Positions 63,740-64,000 of a stretch of DNA of 64,000 nt are shown piece by piece. Positions within the stretch are counted from its first letter, which is position 1. The number at the start of each line of letters is the position of its first letter. The stretch is taken from contig NC_087436.1 in NCBI RefSeq assembly GCF_036321535.1, forward strand, positions 47,618,001 through 47,682,000, in the 5' to 3' direction. The position numbers and the translations under genes were made by a program. The stretch comes from Camelus dromedarius (Eukaryota). The notes beneath the pieces were generated by a model. It made no database searches. It was not told the origin of the DNA and was given only the letters and a program-made list of their open reading frames with translations.

Positions 63740-63870
63740 AGGTGGTAGAAAGAACTTTGGAGTCAGAGCTGGTTAGGTTTGAATCCTGACTCTTCATGGC
63801 CTCGAGGACGTTGCTTAGTTTGTCTGTGAATTCTGTAATTTCTCTATAAAATTGGATTAGTAATAAATGC
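63740..63870 (+). mobile_element. MIR fragment
   Basis: 'gtggtagaaagaactttggagtcagagc...ggtttgaatcctgactct...tctctataaaattggattagtaata'. Confidence 0.75.
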
Positions 63871-64000
63871 TCTCTGTGTATATGAGCCCACCAACGCAAG
63901 GCATGTTTCTTGGAAGAGAAGATTTATCAGGACATAGTTCCTTACTAATTAACACTTAAAAACAAGGATAGAGTTAGTATTATTTTGGATTCTTTTGACA

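Overview
AT-rich, CpG-depleted mammalian nuclear DNA, intronic or intergenic. It is most likely camelid, judged from a tRNA-derived SINE at 2271-2399 that resembles camelid Vic-1. I can support no intact protein-coding gene, RNA gene or CRISPR array. The only recognisable protein fragments in the ORF track are decayed LINE-1 ORF2 pieces. Much of the window is transposable-element debris: young and old L1, L2, MIR, MaLR (MLT1) LTRs, two ancient Gypsy-like LTRs, and Tigger1, MER112, MER94 and other hAT DNA transposons, often nested. These are separated by repeat-poor stretches with enhancer-like motif clusters. The most notable unexplained items are (i) a ~190-bp retroposed polyadenylated fragment I cannot match to a repeat, with a clear target-site duplication (TSD), at 38863-39083; (ii) a convergent fusion of two different L1s that both lack 3' ends (16972-22770); (iii) a twin-primed, 5'-inverted L1 in a three-level nest (50515-50998); (iv) a 27-bp templated insertion; and (v) a few candidate splice-bounded exons. 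I found no evidence of a novel multi-gene biological system. Repeat family names come from recalled consensus sequences, not from a search, and the boundaries of old repeats are approximate.
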